This document shows positions 20,501-29,247 of a stretch of DNA of 64,000 nucleotides, in pieces (positions within the stretch are counted from its first letter, which is position 1; the number at the start of each line of letters is the position of its first letter). Below the pieces are notes generated by a model that was given only the letters and a program-made list of their open reading frames with translations, was not told the origin of the DNA and did not search any database. The DNA is from a bacterium (lineage in GTDB: Bacteria; Patescibacteriota; Dojkabacteria; GCA-016699595; JBAXKR01). The stretch spans positions 7,345 through 71,344 of the forward strand of contig JBAXRR010000001.1 of the NCBI GenBank assembly GCA_037131125.1. Direction: 5' to 3'. Both the position numbers and the translations under genes were made by a program.

Positions 20501-20734
20501 CCTGCAATTACAGCAAAATGGACAGGTAGTGGTGGTTTAGTTGCACCTTCATCGGTTACTTTATCAATATCTAAAGCAGGTATTGCACTTCCTGTCTATA
20601 CTGAGTCACTAAGTAAGTTAGCTGGAGATACCTATACAAAACCTTCATATACATTTTCATCAGCTGGAACTTATACAATAACGGTATTTTCTGGAAGTCT
20701 AACTGATTCTAAGCAGATTACTGTTGCACTTTAG
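17537..20734 (+). CDS. class A penicillin-binding protein (glycosyltransferase + transpeptidase) with a C-terminal Ig-like extension
   Basis: GT51 motif EDAEFYSHKGID. Transpeptidase SxN/KTG region SGKTGTSDE. A basic cytoplasmic N-tail is followed by a TM helix. About 330 extra C-terminal residues form Thr/Ser-rich beta-type repeats (TLTVTAKDSSGRSS..., TYTITVFSGSLTDSKQITV). Confidence 0.85.
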   Translation: MYMKLLRDSTNKKTSRLDNYSKLSSLKADRKTWSKNKKGKGGINSKIKKIFGILIAIFFIFLIIGTIAGLAVIAHYSALVPNPNEILTVQQDEYSTFYDRNGKELYNVVGSENRIMINKLDEVPQSVRWAFIVAEDAEFYSHKGIDLVAIARCAVGNISNKQQCGGSTITQQVIKNAAFEKAIQAGSISKYERKIEEIITSLRAEQDFTKDQILLFYMNKINFGSNRYGLKTASKIYFGKDPKDLTLAESALLAGIPNSPSQFDPFGNVKDEYCRVNDGELFAESKITAQAGQDGLYKDSNGNDVIKAAPYKCRQLYVLKQYEKNLDKINQSGTTVTQSDIDNARKEELKFQPNRIDIKAPSFVFYARDQLYNADYNFTIDGKAITSSDIETGGYKIYTTLDLDMQDIAEQELKNWVDGTKDCKCDDAGIAKRFGVYNGAMASIDPKTGEILMMAGSKDWFGEKEQVVTADGPLKGTAKFDPKVNILISNQQTGSSNKPISYLAGIESGVLNPASFLPDMPVTFGNYTPQNAEGGNAGYAPGSSNNFLRNQLRQSLNRPAVMAADIMGVDSMLDMYEKLGYTEFKDRKSFGLSSILGATAVQPIEHFNAYATLANKGKYHKPQAILKIVDRAGVVKWEYKPDEGKQVVDERAAYIMSDILYNYGKEDIDLVKATGGYSVSGKTGTSDENKDMWFVGYTPDIVTGVWTGNNNNAAPHKQPYNNGGLPYGFSSAKPLWVRYSQKILTKYPKTTLTRPAGIVSADVCLISGKLATDKCGSTMKEIFIDGKLPPVDDSIQTIRVCTNIPAYKPEAQSLNMIARPIDETNGYAKDALVTYVKIGDPKKPTEQALFDKSSGQSIPTAQCTTDYNTISAVPTINIASPTDGAIIPSDNRTLSLNIQASPAVGIINSIIVTVGSNTVASTTDASLTQNLILDNSYGYGVKTLTVTAKDSSGRSSTKSISINLESPVSSQNLKITSPNSSNLTVGDSPAITAKWTGSGGLVAPSSVTLSISKAGIALPVYTESLSKLAGDTYTKPSYTFSSAGTYTITVFSGSLTDSKQITVAL

Positions 20735-21047
20735 TACCTTCTGTTCCACCTTGATTCACTTCTTCTATTTCTCCTAAAGATAAGTATTGGTTGAAATATA
20801 AGTCTGGAATATACCCTTCGGATACCTTACCTCTTGAAGAAATAATTTTATATGCAGAAAATTCAAATATTGGTGATGTTGCAGAAGTTAGTAAAACAGC
20901 TAAAACCTTTACCCTATCTGTTAATCTAGTAAATTTGTCTTTGTTGTCCAAAGTATCTTGAAAAAGAGCTCTTGGATCTGTGGTTATGTCTACAATATAG
21001 TATGTATCGACAAACTTTCCTGGTTTTGGACTGTAAATTGGTTCCAT
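20718..21047 (-). CDS. hypothetical protein (109 aa)
   Basis: ORF convergent with the PBP gene; the two 3' ends overlap by 17 nt. No motif recognised. Confidence 0.3.
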   Translation of the reverse strand: MEPIYSPKPGKFVDTYYIVDITTDPRALFQDTLDNKDKFTRLTDRVKVLAVLLTSATSPIFEFSAYKIISSRGKVSEGYIPDLYFNQYLSLGEIEEVNQGGTEGTKVQQ

Positions 21048-21099
21048 AAGACGTAATTATACTGACGACTTATAGTGTATCACAACGGAAGGGAAAATT

Positions 21100-21723
21100 C
21101 TATTTATTAGCAGCTAATTTAGCTTCTCTTGGAGTCATATTTCGAGTAACTACAAATACCTCCCATTCGTCCTGAGGAACGCATGAAGCAACTTTAACTA
21201 TTTTATTTATAGATTTTCCATTTTCATCCTCTGCTCTGAGCCTTATTGCAAATACTCTGTGATGACGATCTCGATTGTAATAAATTACACTATCAGCGTA
21301 TTCTTTACCTATTTTGTTTAAGGGAGAATGGTTACCTGATGCTATTTGTCTTGCTAATTTATAAAAAAGGTCGAACCCTCCAAAGTCTTTGTTCTCATTC
21401 ATTCTTTGTGATACTTCATAAAGTTTTCGGTTATATTCTCTCCCTATAAGTGATGCTACATAGTACAAATCTCCATTTTGATCTTTCAACTTCGCAAACT
21501 TCACTCTTGTATCTTGAACCAAATCTTTTGATCCAGGAACCCTTCTGTATGGAAATTTTACCCAAGGAAAATCTTTTGTTTCTAAAGTAAATATCCTTTC
21601 ACCTCCTTGTATCAATTCCATCGATTCTCTTTCACCACCTACTTCGACAGGTGGACTAGCTCTATTTACTTCAGTTTTTGATCTATCTGCAACGGATACT
21701 CCGCTTTGCGTTTCAACTCCCAA
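21100..21723 (-). CDS. hypothetical protein (207 aa)
   Basis: ORF with locally raised GC. No motif recognised. Confidence 0.35.
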   Translation of the reverse strand: MGVETQSGVSVADRSKTEVNRASPPVEVGGERESMELIQGGERIFTLETKDFPWVKFPYRRVPGSKDLVQDTRVKFAKLKDQNGDLYYVASLIGREYNRKLYEVSQRMNENKDFGGFDLFYKLARQIASGNHSPLNKIGKEYADSVIYYNRDRHHRVFAIRLRAEDENGKSINKIVKVASCVPQDEWEVFVVTRNMTPREAKLAANK

Positions 21724-21853
21724 ATTATTTCTAATTAATAATATATTTACTATTAATAACGCAATTTTAGATTGATCGCAACATATAATTACGGAATATC
21801 TAAGTCGAAAATTACCTTTTTTATGATATAATTCCCAAAATTAAAATATAGCA

Positions 21854-22324
21854 ATGAATTGTGAAGATTTAGGTATAATTACAACCTCTGCAAGGATATT
21901 AAGAGAGCCAGATAAGTTTGGATACGTATCTTATGGTCTTGGAGAGATTCTTAAAGGAACACTATTAGGATTTATGACACTAAGAGCATATAAAATAGAT
22001 ATGTACGAAACAGTTACTTATTTCCCATATAAATGTACAGAAAAGGCTGTGAAATATGCAAGAGAAGGGTTAGAGAATTTTGAATATCCTCTCCATCTAC
22101 CAGAAACAACTAATCCACGTAGTTTTGAAAAAGCTCTTAGTGAAGTTTTTGCTTCAGAGATGGGAAGAATAATTGCAAAACATTATAGTTCAGGAATGCC
22201 AATAGCAATAATGGAAGTGGGCAATACGCAGTTAGGTGGAACTTTGAATGTTACTGTGCCTAGAAATACTCATCTTGGGCTTGTATCTGAAATGTTTAAA
22301 ACTGCTTTGAGTAAACAACCTTAA
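21854..22324 (+). CDS. hypothetical protein (156 aa)
   Basis: ORF only. Confidence 0.3.
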   Translation: MNCEDLGIITTSARILREPDKFGYVSYGLGEILKGTLLGFMTLRAYKIDMYETVTYFPYKCTEKAVKYAREGLENFEYPLHLPETTNPRSFEKALSEVFASEMGRIIAKHYSSGMPIAIMEVGNTQLGGTLNVTVPRNTHLGLVSEMFKTALSKQP

Positions 22325-24796
22325 CTACCTTACAGTTACTGAGAAGTTCTTACTAATAATCTCGTTAACCTTATCTGTGCATTTTTTGATCTCCCCTTCG
22401 CTTAAGGTTTTTACATCCGACTCTATTTCAAGTCTTAATGTTAGTGAGGTTAATTCATCTTTTACGAATCTATCTATTAGGTAGATATCGTCTAGATTGT
22501 CTATTTTTTCAGATTTTACTTTATCAATTATCTTCTGGCTCTCTATGTTCTCTTTAAGGCCTAAGCTTATATCTTTAAAGTTTTCTTGGTAGATTGATAA
22601 AGGCTTGTAATTTATTACGTCAGGATTGAATGTCTTTAATATGACTTCAAGATCTATTTGAGCAACATATACGTCTTTATTTTCAAGTTTAAAGTTAACA
22701 TTAATTCTTGGATTTAATTTTCCAACAAGTCCTATTACTTTATTCTCTTCATTAAGTATTACAGCAGTTTGTTTTGGTGCAAATAGCTCTGGTCTTGAAT
22801 TATTCCCTCCATCTTTGTATTCAGATAGATTAACAACCTTGTATGTAATATTTAATTTCTTAAGATAGTTAAATATGACTGTTGCTATTTCTGGTATTAA
22901 ATTATTCTCCCCCATTTCGTGGGCCATAACTATTCCAAGTGTCCATGGTTGAAGTGGAATATTTTCTTCTGACTTTTCTTTTAGAATTATTCTGGATATC
23001 TCGAAGAAGTTTAAATTATTTCCCTCTTCAAGGTTCTGATTAACTTTCTCCAAAAGACTTGGTATTAGACTGTTTCTAGCATATTCTAATTCAGGGGATA
23101 TTGCGTTAGTTATTCTTACTAATTTTTTAGTGTCTAGTCCACATTTTTCCCATAACTTTGTGCTTACAAAACTGTAGCTATATATCTCGTTAAAGTCATA
23201 GTTCATTAAGTAATTTACAGTATATCTTTGCAATTCTAATACTTTGTTTACCTTGAATGGCTTTATAGACTTAACTGGAAGCGTTGGATTGAGTTTATCG
23301 TAGCCATATATTCTCGCGATTTCCTCCATAATATCAGCTTCAATATTAAGGTCTTTTCTATATGTAGGTATGATGAGATTTAAATATGTGCTATTCAATG
23401 CTTCGTTCGGGTTATTTCCAGAAACAAATTTAGAATGTTCTGTATTAATATTGAGTCTATTTAGAATATCTACAACTTCTTCTTTCTTAAGGCTAATACC
23501 TAAAAAGCTTTTAATCTTATTAAGATTTACTTCAACGATTTTAATATCTTCTTTTACATTGTAGTTATCTGTAAATTCACTAGTAATATCTCCTCCTGCA
23601 AGCTCTGTAATGAGTGATGTAGCATGTTTTAGTGCTTCCATAGTAAGTTCACTGTCTAACCCCTTCTCGTATCTTGTAGAAGCTTCTGTTCTTAGTCCTA
23701 ATTCTCTTGAAGTATCTCTAATTGAGTCTTTGTTAAAATTTGCAGATTCAAGAAGGATGTTAACTGTATCATTAGAAATTTCGCTTTCCATTCCCCCCAT
23801 AACCCCAGCAATTGCTAATGGCTTATCTTCTGTTGCTATGACCATCATGCCCTTCTTTAGAGTTCTTTCTTTAGAATCCAGAGTTGTGAATTTCTCTCCC
23901 TCATTTGCTTCTCTAACAACAATTTTATTGGATTTTATTTTATCGAAATCAAAGGCATGCATAGGTTGTCCTATGTCTAACATAATATAGTTAGTAGCAT
24001 CCACAACATTGTTAATTGGTCTTACTCCAACTGAGAGTAATTTCATTTGTAACCAAAATGGAGATTCTTTTACTTTAACGTTACTAATTGTTAGGGCAGA
24101 ATATCTTTTACAATTGGTTGTTTTTAAATCTATTGTAATAGCATTCTCTGCTTTTAGTGTTAATTGAATTTCAACTTTATCTATGAATCTAGACTTTGTA
24201 ATAGCGGATAACTCTCTTGCTACTCCTCTATGACAGAAACAGTCTGGTCTATGAGTGAAGGATTTGTTCTCAATTTCTATTATTTGGTCTTTAAGTAACT
24301 CTACTAGATCACTTCCAACAATAGATTCTTCAGGAAGTATTAGGATTCCATCATGTTCTTCGGAAATTCCTAATTCTTTTGCTGAACATATCATGCCATT
24401 AGACATCTCGCCTAGTATCTCTCTTCTTTCAATTTTCATAATCTTCTCGCTGTCTTTTGTTCCATCATACTTTGCATTCATTACGCTTCCACCTACTAAA
24501 CAAACTGCAACTTTCTTTCCAATTTCAACATTTGGTGCACCACAAACAATTACTAGATTATCTTTAGGATCGTTAGTTCCTTTAATTACGTCTACAGTTA
24601 CTATGTGAAGTTTTTTTGAACTTGGGTGATCTTTAATATCTACAATTTCACCTACAATTACCTTCTCCATTTCAGCTCTTAAGTTTTGTATATCTTCAAC
24701 TTCGGCAAGTGAATTAGTTACTAGGGATCTAAAGTCCTGACTTTCAAAATCTGTCTCTGGTAAGTATTGTTTTAACCAATTTCTAGAATAAAGCAT
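22325..24796 (-). CDS. pheT: phenylalanine--tRNA ligase beta subunit
   Basis: N-terminus MLYSRNWLKQYLP is the typical PheT start. 823 aa. It lies immediately downstream of pheS. Confidence 0.9.
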   Translation of the reverse strand: MLYSRNWLKQYLPETDFESQDFRSLVTNSLAEVEDIQNLRAEMEKVIVGEIVDIKDHPSSKKLHIVTVDVIKGTNDPKDNLVIVCGAPNVEIGKKVAVCLVGGSVMNAKYDGTKDSEKIMKIERREILGEMSNGMICSAKELGISEEHDGILILPEESIVGSDLVELLKDQIIEIENKSFTHRPDCFCHRGVARELSAITKSRFIDKVEIQLTLKAENAITIDLKTTNCKRYSALTISNVKVKESPFWLQMKLLSVGVRPINNVVDATNYIMLDIGQPMHAFDFDKIKSNKIVVREANEGEKFTTLDSKERTLKKGMMVIATEDKPLAIAGVMGGMESEISNDTVNILLESANFNKDSIRDTSRELGLRTEASTRYEKGLDSELTMEALKHATSLITELAGGDITSEFTDNYNVKEDIKIVEVNLNKIKSFLGISLKKEEVVDILNRLNINTEHSKFVSGNNPNEALNSTYLNLIIPTYRKDLNIEADIMEEIARIYGYDKLNPTLPVKSIKPFKVNKVLELQRYTVNYLMNYDFNEIYSYSFVSTKLWEKCGLDTKKLVRITNAISPELEYARNSLIPSLLEKVNQNLEEGNNLNFFEISRIILKEKSEENIPLQPWTLGIVMAHEMGENNLIPEIATVIFNYLKKLNITYKVVNLSEYKDGGNNSRPELFAPKQTAVILNEENKVIGLVGKLNPRINVNFKLENKDVYVAQIDLEVILKTFNPDVINYKPLSIYQENFKDISLGLKENIESQKIIDKVKSEKIDNLDDIYLIDRFVKDELTSLTLRLEIESDVKTLSEGEIKKCTDKVNEIISKNFSVTVR

Positions 24797-24797
24797 A

Positions 24798-25847
24798 TTA
24801 GAATTGTCTTAAAAATTTTAATCCTCCATTCTTAAATAGTCTTACATCTTCGACACCATGTTTTATCATAATGAGTCTTTCAATACCTCCACCCCATGCA
24901 AATCCTGAGTATACTTCTGGATCTATTCCCCCCATTGTTAATACATTTGGATGAATCATTCCACATCCCATAATCTCTAACCATCCAGTTCCTTTTGTAA
25001 TTCTTTTAATAGCTTCAGATTGTCCTTCCCATTTTACAGATATCATTCCGCCTGGTTCAACAAATGGAAACATATCTGGTGTTAACATAACTTGAACCTC
25101 TTTTCCAAAGTATTCACTAAAGAATGCTTGTAATGTACCCATCATGTCTGTAAAAGTTATTCCCTTGTCTACAACAACTCCCTCAATTTGGAAGAAAGTA
25201 TGTTCATGTCTTGCATCAGTAGATTCGTTTCTAAAACACTTACCGGGAACAACTGTATATATAGGTAATTTCTTTGTCCTATATATCCTATTTTGCATTG
25301 AAGATGTGTGTACTATTGGTACATCATGGTCGTCAGTGTAAAAAGTATCCCAGCTACTTCTAGCAGGATGTGTTGGAGGTAAGTTTACAAATGTGAAGTT
25401 ATTATCTTCAGAATCTATCTCGTATGGAAGTTCAATGTCAAAACCCATTCTTTTAAAAATATCCTCTATTTCCCATATAGCCTTTGTTATTGGATGTACT
25501 GTTCCCTTGTTTGGTTTTGAATTAAATGCTGTTACATCAGTCCATTTCTCTAGCTCAACACCATATTCCTCTTCTTTTAGGTCGTATTCTTTCTTGGCAA
25601 TAAGGTTAGTAACTGTTTCTTTTAGTTCATTCATCTTTTCCCCAAATGCTTTCTTTTCAGAAGCCTCTTTGTACTTAACAATCTCTTTCATGAGGTCATT
25701 AATAGGAGATTTCCTTCCTAAAAAGGAGGTTTTAACATTTTCGAGCTCAGAGGTAGTCTTTACTGATGAAAGTTGAGATTTTAGGAGATCAATTATCTGT
25801 TCAGGTCCCCCTAGGTTTTGGGTAGGCAGTATTTTTTTGTCTGACAT
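24798..25847 (-). CDS. pheS: phenylalanine--tRNA ligase alpha subunit
   Basis: Class II aaRS core with HPITKAIWEIEDIFKRMGF and the C-terminal GFAWGGGIERL motif. Confidence 0.9.
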   Translation of the reverse strand: MSDKKILPTQNLGGPEQIIDLLKSQLSSVKTTSELENVKTSFLGRKSPINDLMKEIVKYKEASEKKAFGEKMNELKETVTNLIAKKEYDLKEEEYGVELEKWTDVTAFNSKPNKGTVHPITKAIWEIEDIFKRMGFDIELPYEIDSEDNNFTFVNLPPTHPARSSWDTFYTDDHDVPIVHTSSMQNRIYRTKKLPIYTVVPGKCFRNESTDARHEHTFFQIEGVVVDKGITFTDMMGTLQAFFSEYFGKEVQVMLTPDMFPFVEPGGMISVKWEGQSEAIKRITKGTGWLEIMGCGMIHPNVLTMGGIDPEVYSGFAWGGGIERLIMIKHGVEDVRLFKNGGLKFLRQF

Positions 25848-25851
25848 TTCT

Positions 25852-26196
25852 TTATTTCTTTACAAGTGCAACTAGCTCTCTAAAGGAATCTTTGTGATCT
25901 AATGCTAAATCTGCCATCACTTTCCTATTGAGCTTAATGTTTGACTTGTTAAGAAGATTTATGAAATCCGAGTATCTAACACCATATTCCATAAGACCTG
26001 CGTTAATTCTTCCGATCCATAGTGCTCTAAAGTCACCTGTTCTTTTTCTTCTAGATTGCTTTGAATATTCTCCAGCGTGTAAAACTGCTTCATGAGCTCT
26101 TTTTACAAGTCTGCTGTAAGAACCAGTAAAGCCTTTTGTCTGTTTTAATAACTTTTTATGTTTTGCGTGTGCGGTTACTCCTCGTTTTACTCTCAT
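25852..26196 (-). CDS. rplT: 50S ribosomal protein L20
   Basis: MRVKRGVTAHAKHKKLLKQTKGF matches the L20 N-terminus. Confidence 0.9.
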   Translation of the reverse strand: MRVKRGVTAHAKHKKLLKQTKGFTGSYSRLVKRAHEAVLHAGEYSKQSRRKRTGDFRALWIGRINAGLMEYGVRYSDFINLLNKSNIKLNRKVMADLALDHKDSFRELVALVKK

Positions 26197-26210
26197 GTCA
26201 ATAAATCAGA

Positions 26211-26411
26211 TTATATAAATTTTTTTACTAAGGCAATTTGAACTTTACCGGATAATGTTTCTTCTCTTTCCTTTCTATTCTTAGATCTAGCAGTGTGCTT
26301 CGTTCTTAAGTGATGACTATTGTTCTGTGGCATATGAACAAGTTTGCTATGCTTTTTAGAACCAGTAGCCTTTATTCTTTTAGATAGTCCTTTGTGTGTT
26401 TTAAGTTTCAT
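26211..26411 (-). CDS. rpmI: 50S ribosomal protein L35
   Basis: 66-aa basic protein starting MKLKTHKGLSKRIKATGSKK, located between infC and rplT. Confidence 0.85.
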   Translation of the reverse strand: MKLKTHKGLSKRIKATGSKKHSKLVHMPQNNSHHLRTKHTARSKNRKEREETLSGKVQIALVKKFI

Positions 26412-26476
26412 ATGAATGCTTCTTTAAGTACGAGTTAAATTCTATCATTAGAAAGCCAGATTATCAATCTAAATCA

Positions 26477-27175
26477 CTAAATTTGGGCATTCTCACTTGG
26501 TTTTTCGTCTTTTTTCTCTTTTTTGTCAGAGAGTTTAAGAGGATAAACAATCACAGAATAGTTCTTTCCTTCAAATTTAGGAGTACCTTCTAGCTTTATC
26601 TTTCCCTCAAGTAGCGCTAAAACTTCTCTCATTCTTGCAAATACTATCTCTCTTTGTATTCTACCTCTTACCCTAACTTCAATTTTAACTGGGTGTTTCT
26701 TAGATAAGAACTCCAAGACTCTTTCCACCTTATGGTTTAAGTCCCCTTCTCCAATAACAGGACTAAACCACATACCTTTCATTTCTACGGATTTGCTAGA
26801 GTTATTCTGCTTTTTAGATTGTTCATACTTAAATTTTGACCAATCCATAATCCTACATACTGGAGGCTTAGAGTTAGGGGCAACCTCGATTAAATCAAGG
26901 TCGTAATCCTCTCTTGCCTTAAGAATAGCATCTGCAGTCTTCATCTCTCCAAGAGATTCTCCGTTTGGATCGATTACCATTACAACTTCAGCTTTAATGA
27001 ATTCATTACGGTTAAAGCCGTATGTATTTTCGGTCTTAACGAATGGTTTGTACTGTCTAGGGCCAGTGTATGGGCCTCTGGGTCTAAATGCAAAACCACC
27101 AGGTCTACTAAACTGTGGTCTACCTTGGAAACCTCTAGATGGTCCTGAGTTTGTATTGTTTATATTAGTAAATAT
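26477..27175 (-). CDS. infC: translation initiation factor IF-3 with a non-AUG start and an RG/P-rich N-terminal extension
   Basis: The track ORF (26477-26980) begins at an internal Met. The same frame is open upstream to a stop at 27182-27184 and encodes ...NRNEFIKAEVVMVIDPNGESLGEM...EVAPNSKPPVCRIMDWSKFKYE. This aligns with E. coli [23 protein letters not shown]...EISPNAEPPVCRIMDYGK. There is no ATG in the extension; candidate ATA/ATT starts lie at 27161-27175. The exact 5' end is uncertain. Confidence 0.8.
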   Translation of the reverse strand: MFTNINNTNSGPSRGFQGRPQFSRPGGFAFRPRGPYTGPRQYKPFVKTENTYGFNRNEFIKAEVVMVIDPNGESLGEMKTADAILKAREDYDLDLIEVAPNSKPPVCRIMDWSKFKYEQSKKQNNSSKSVEMKGMWFSPVIGEGDLNHKVERVLEFLSKKHPVKIEVRVRGRIQREIVFARMREVLALLEGKIKLEGTPKFEGKNYSVIVYPLKLSDKKEKKDEKPSENAQI

Positions 27176-27227
27176 AAGAACTTATATATAATTATATCAA
27201 ATATATTAAGATTTTCTTAAATATATT

Positions 27228-29012
27228 CTAAAGCTTTTTTTCGTCAATTTCAGCTTTGAGCTTTAGAATAAATTCTTCAGTTTTCATCATACCCATATCT
27301 TTTCCAATTCTAGGTCTAACTGCTACTGAATCATTCTCAACTTCTTTATCTCCCATTACTAACATGTATGGTACCTTTTGCATCTGAGCATCTCGAATTC
27401 TAGATTGCATTCTTTCAGGTCTGCTATCTAGCTCTACTCTCATATTTAATGCATTCATCTTCTTTTGAAGTTGTTTTGCATATTCAACATGCTTATCTCC
27501 TATTGGTATAAGCACAACCTGAGTTGGTGCTAACCAAACTGGAAATGCTCCTGCATATCTTTCAATTAGTAATGCTATTGTTCTTTCTATACAACCTACA
27601 GATGATCTATGTATGACGATTGGTTCTACTTCCATTCCGTTCTCATCCGTATATCTAAGTTCAAATCTTTTTGGCATGACAAAGTCATACTGAACCGTAA
27701 ATGCAGTTTCTTCTTTTCCTAAGATATTCTTCATTTGAATATCTAGCTTAGGTCCATAGAATGCTGCTTCACCTTCAGCTTCGTAACTTTTTACTGATCT
27801 TGTCTTAAGTAAATCTCTAAGGATTCCTTCTGCATGATCCCATGCTGCATCGTCCTTAAAGTATTTCTTTGTATCTTTTCTATCTCCAAGTGAGAGCCTA
27901 TACCAATAGTCTTCATTTGGTTTAAGTCCAAATATTCCATTTGCAAATTCAATAAGATCCAAAGCCTTGTTGATCTCATCTGTTGCTTGAGCTTTGGTTG
28001 CTATTATATGTGCATCTGCAAGACAAAAACTTCTAACTCTCATAAGTCCACTAAGTTCACCTGACTGCTCATATCTATATAGCTTTGCAAGTTCTGCAAT
28101 TCTCATTGGAAGTTCTCTATAGCTTCTCTTTTCAGATGAATATATTTGAAAGTGATGAGGGCAAGTCATAGGCCTAAGCATAAACTCCTCTTCATCTATT
28201 ACAATTGGTGCATACATTGAATCTTTGTAGTATGGATAATGACCTGACTTTTTATATAGATCAATTTTTGCAATATCTGGAGTATATACATGGTCATATC
28301 CTCTTTTAATTTCTTCATCTACTATGAATCTTTCAATTTCTCGTCTTATTGTTGCTCCTTTTTTCGTCCAAAGTGGTAAGCCTTTTCCAACTAGATCCGA
28401 GAATATGAATAGACCAAGTTCCTTTCCAAGAGTTCTATGATCTCTTTTCTTTGCTTCTTCAAGCATTAAGAAATATTTGTCTACTTCTTCTTGAGTGTCA
28501 AATTCTATACCATATATTCTTTGTAAAGATGGTCGTTTTTCATCTCCTTTCCAGTAAGCTGCAGCCGTAGTCGTAAGCTTGAAGATACCTATCATGCCGG
28601 TGCTTTTTACGTGAGGACCTTTACACATATCTTCAAATACATCACCAGTTTTAAAGAAACTTATTTGTTCATCTTTAATGTCGTTAAGAAGCTCTGCTTT
28701 ATATATTTGTCCCTTCTGATTAAGCATGTCTATAGCTTCATCTCTAGGTATCATAACCTGGTTAATTGCTAAATCTTGTTTTTTTATCTCATACATTCTA
28801 TCTTCGATCTTTTGAAGATCATCTGAAGATAGTGGTTTAGATAAATCAAAGTCATAATAAAAACCATTATCTATAGCAGGGCCTATTCCAAGTTTTGCAT
28901 CAGGAAATAGCTCTAATACAGCTTGACCTAATATATGTGCGGATGAATGTCTTTTAACTTCAATCTCTGAAACATTGGATTCTACTTTTTCTTCTACTTT
29001 ATTATTTTGCAT
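27228..29012 (-). CDS. thrS: threonine--tRNA ligase lacking the N-terminal TGS domain
   Basis: It starts within the second additional domain (HSSAHILGQAV...). The class II core and the C-terminal anticodon-binding domain are present. 594 aa. It heads the conserved thrS-infC-rpmI-rplT-pheST cluster. Confidence 0.9.
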   Translation of the reverse strand: MQNNKVEEKVESNVSEIEVKRHSSAHILGQAVLELFPDAKLGIGPAIDNGFYYDFDLSKPLSSDDLQKIEDRMYEIKKQDLAINQVMIPRDEAIDMLNQKGQIYKAELLNDIKDEQISFFKTGDVFEDMCKGPHVKSTGMIGIFKLTTTAAAYWKGDEKRPSLQRIYGIEFDTQEEVDKYFLMLEEAKKRDHRTLGKELGLFIFSDLVGKGLPLWTKKGATIRREIERFIVDEEIKRGYDHVYTPDIAKIDLYKKSGHYPYYKDSMYAPIVIDEEEFMLRPMTCPHHFQIYSSEKRSYRELPMRIAELAKLYRYEQSGELSGLMRVRSFCLADAHIIATKAQATDEINKALDLIEFANGIFGLKPNEDYWYRLSLGDRKDTKKYFKDDAAWDHAEGILRDLLKTRSVKSYEAEGEAAFYGPKLDIQMKNILGKEETAFTVQYDFVMPKRFELRYTDENGMEVEPIVIHRSSVGCIERTIALLIERYAGAFPVWLAPTQVVLIPIGDKHVEYAKQLQKKMNALNMRVELDSRPERMQSRIRDAQMQKVPYMLVMGDKEVENDSVAVRPRIGKDMGMMKTEEFILKLKAEIDEKKL

Positions 29013-29247
29013 TGATTTTAATTAATATATTTATATATGAAATGAGTATATATCATTTTACTATATTCTTGTCTTTGTTGGGTCTTGGGAGTTAATGTCG
29101 AATGAGTCATATACTCCAGTCGTGTTTAGCACAACTGACCCTAGTAGTTGTAGTGGTGGTTGTGTTACTTCTGGTTTTTGTATTCAAAACGAATGACTTC
29201 ATTAGTAAGTATTGTAATAGAAATGAGAGAAAATTTCAAAAATAATG

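Noticed and set aside
26997-27191. 64-aa + strand ORF
   Set aside because: It is antisense to the IF3 N-terminal extension. The opposite frame aligns to the IF3 N-domain, and this frame has no recognisable product.
29013-29247. Canonical T-box riboswitch upstream of thrS
   Set aside because: I could not find the conserved T-box sequence or its complement. The region is kept only as a possible divergent leader in the findings.
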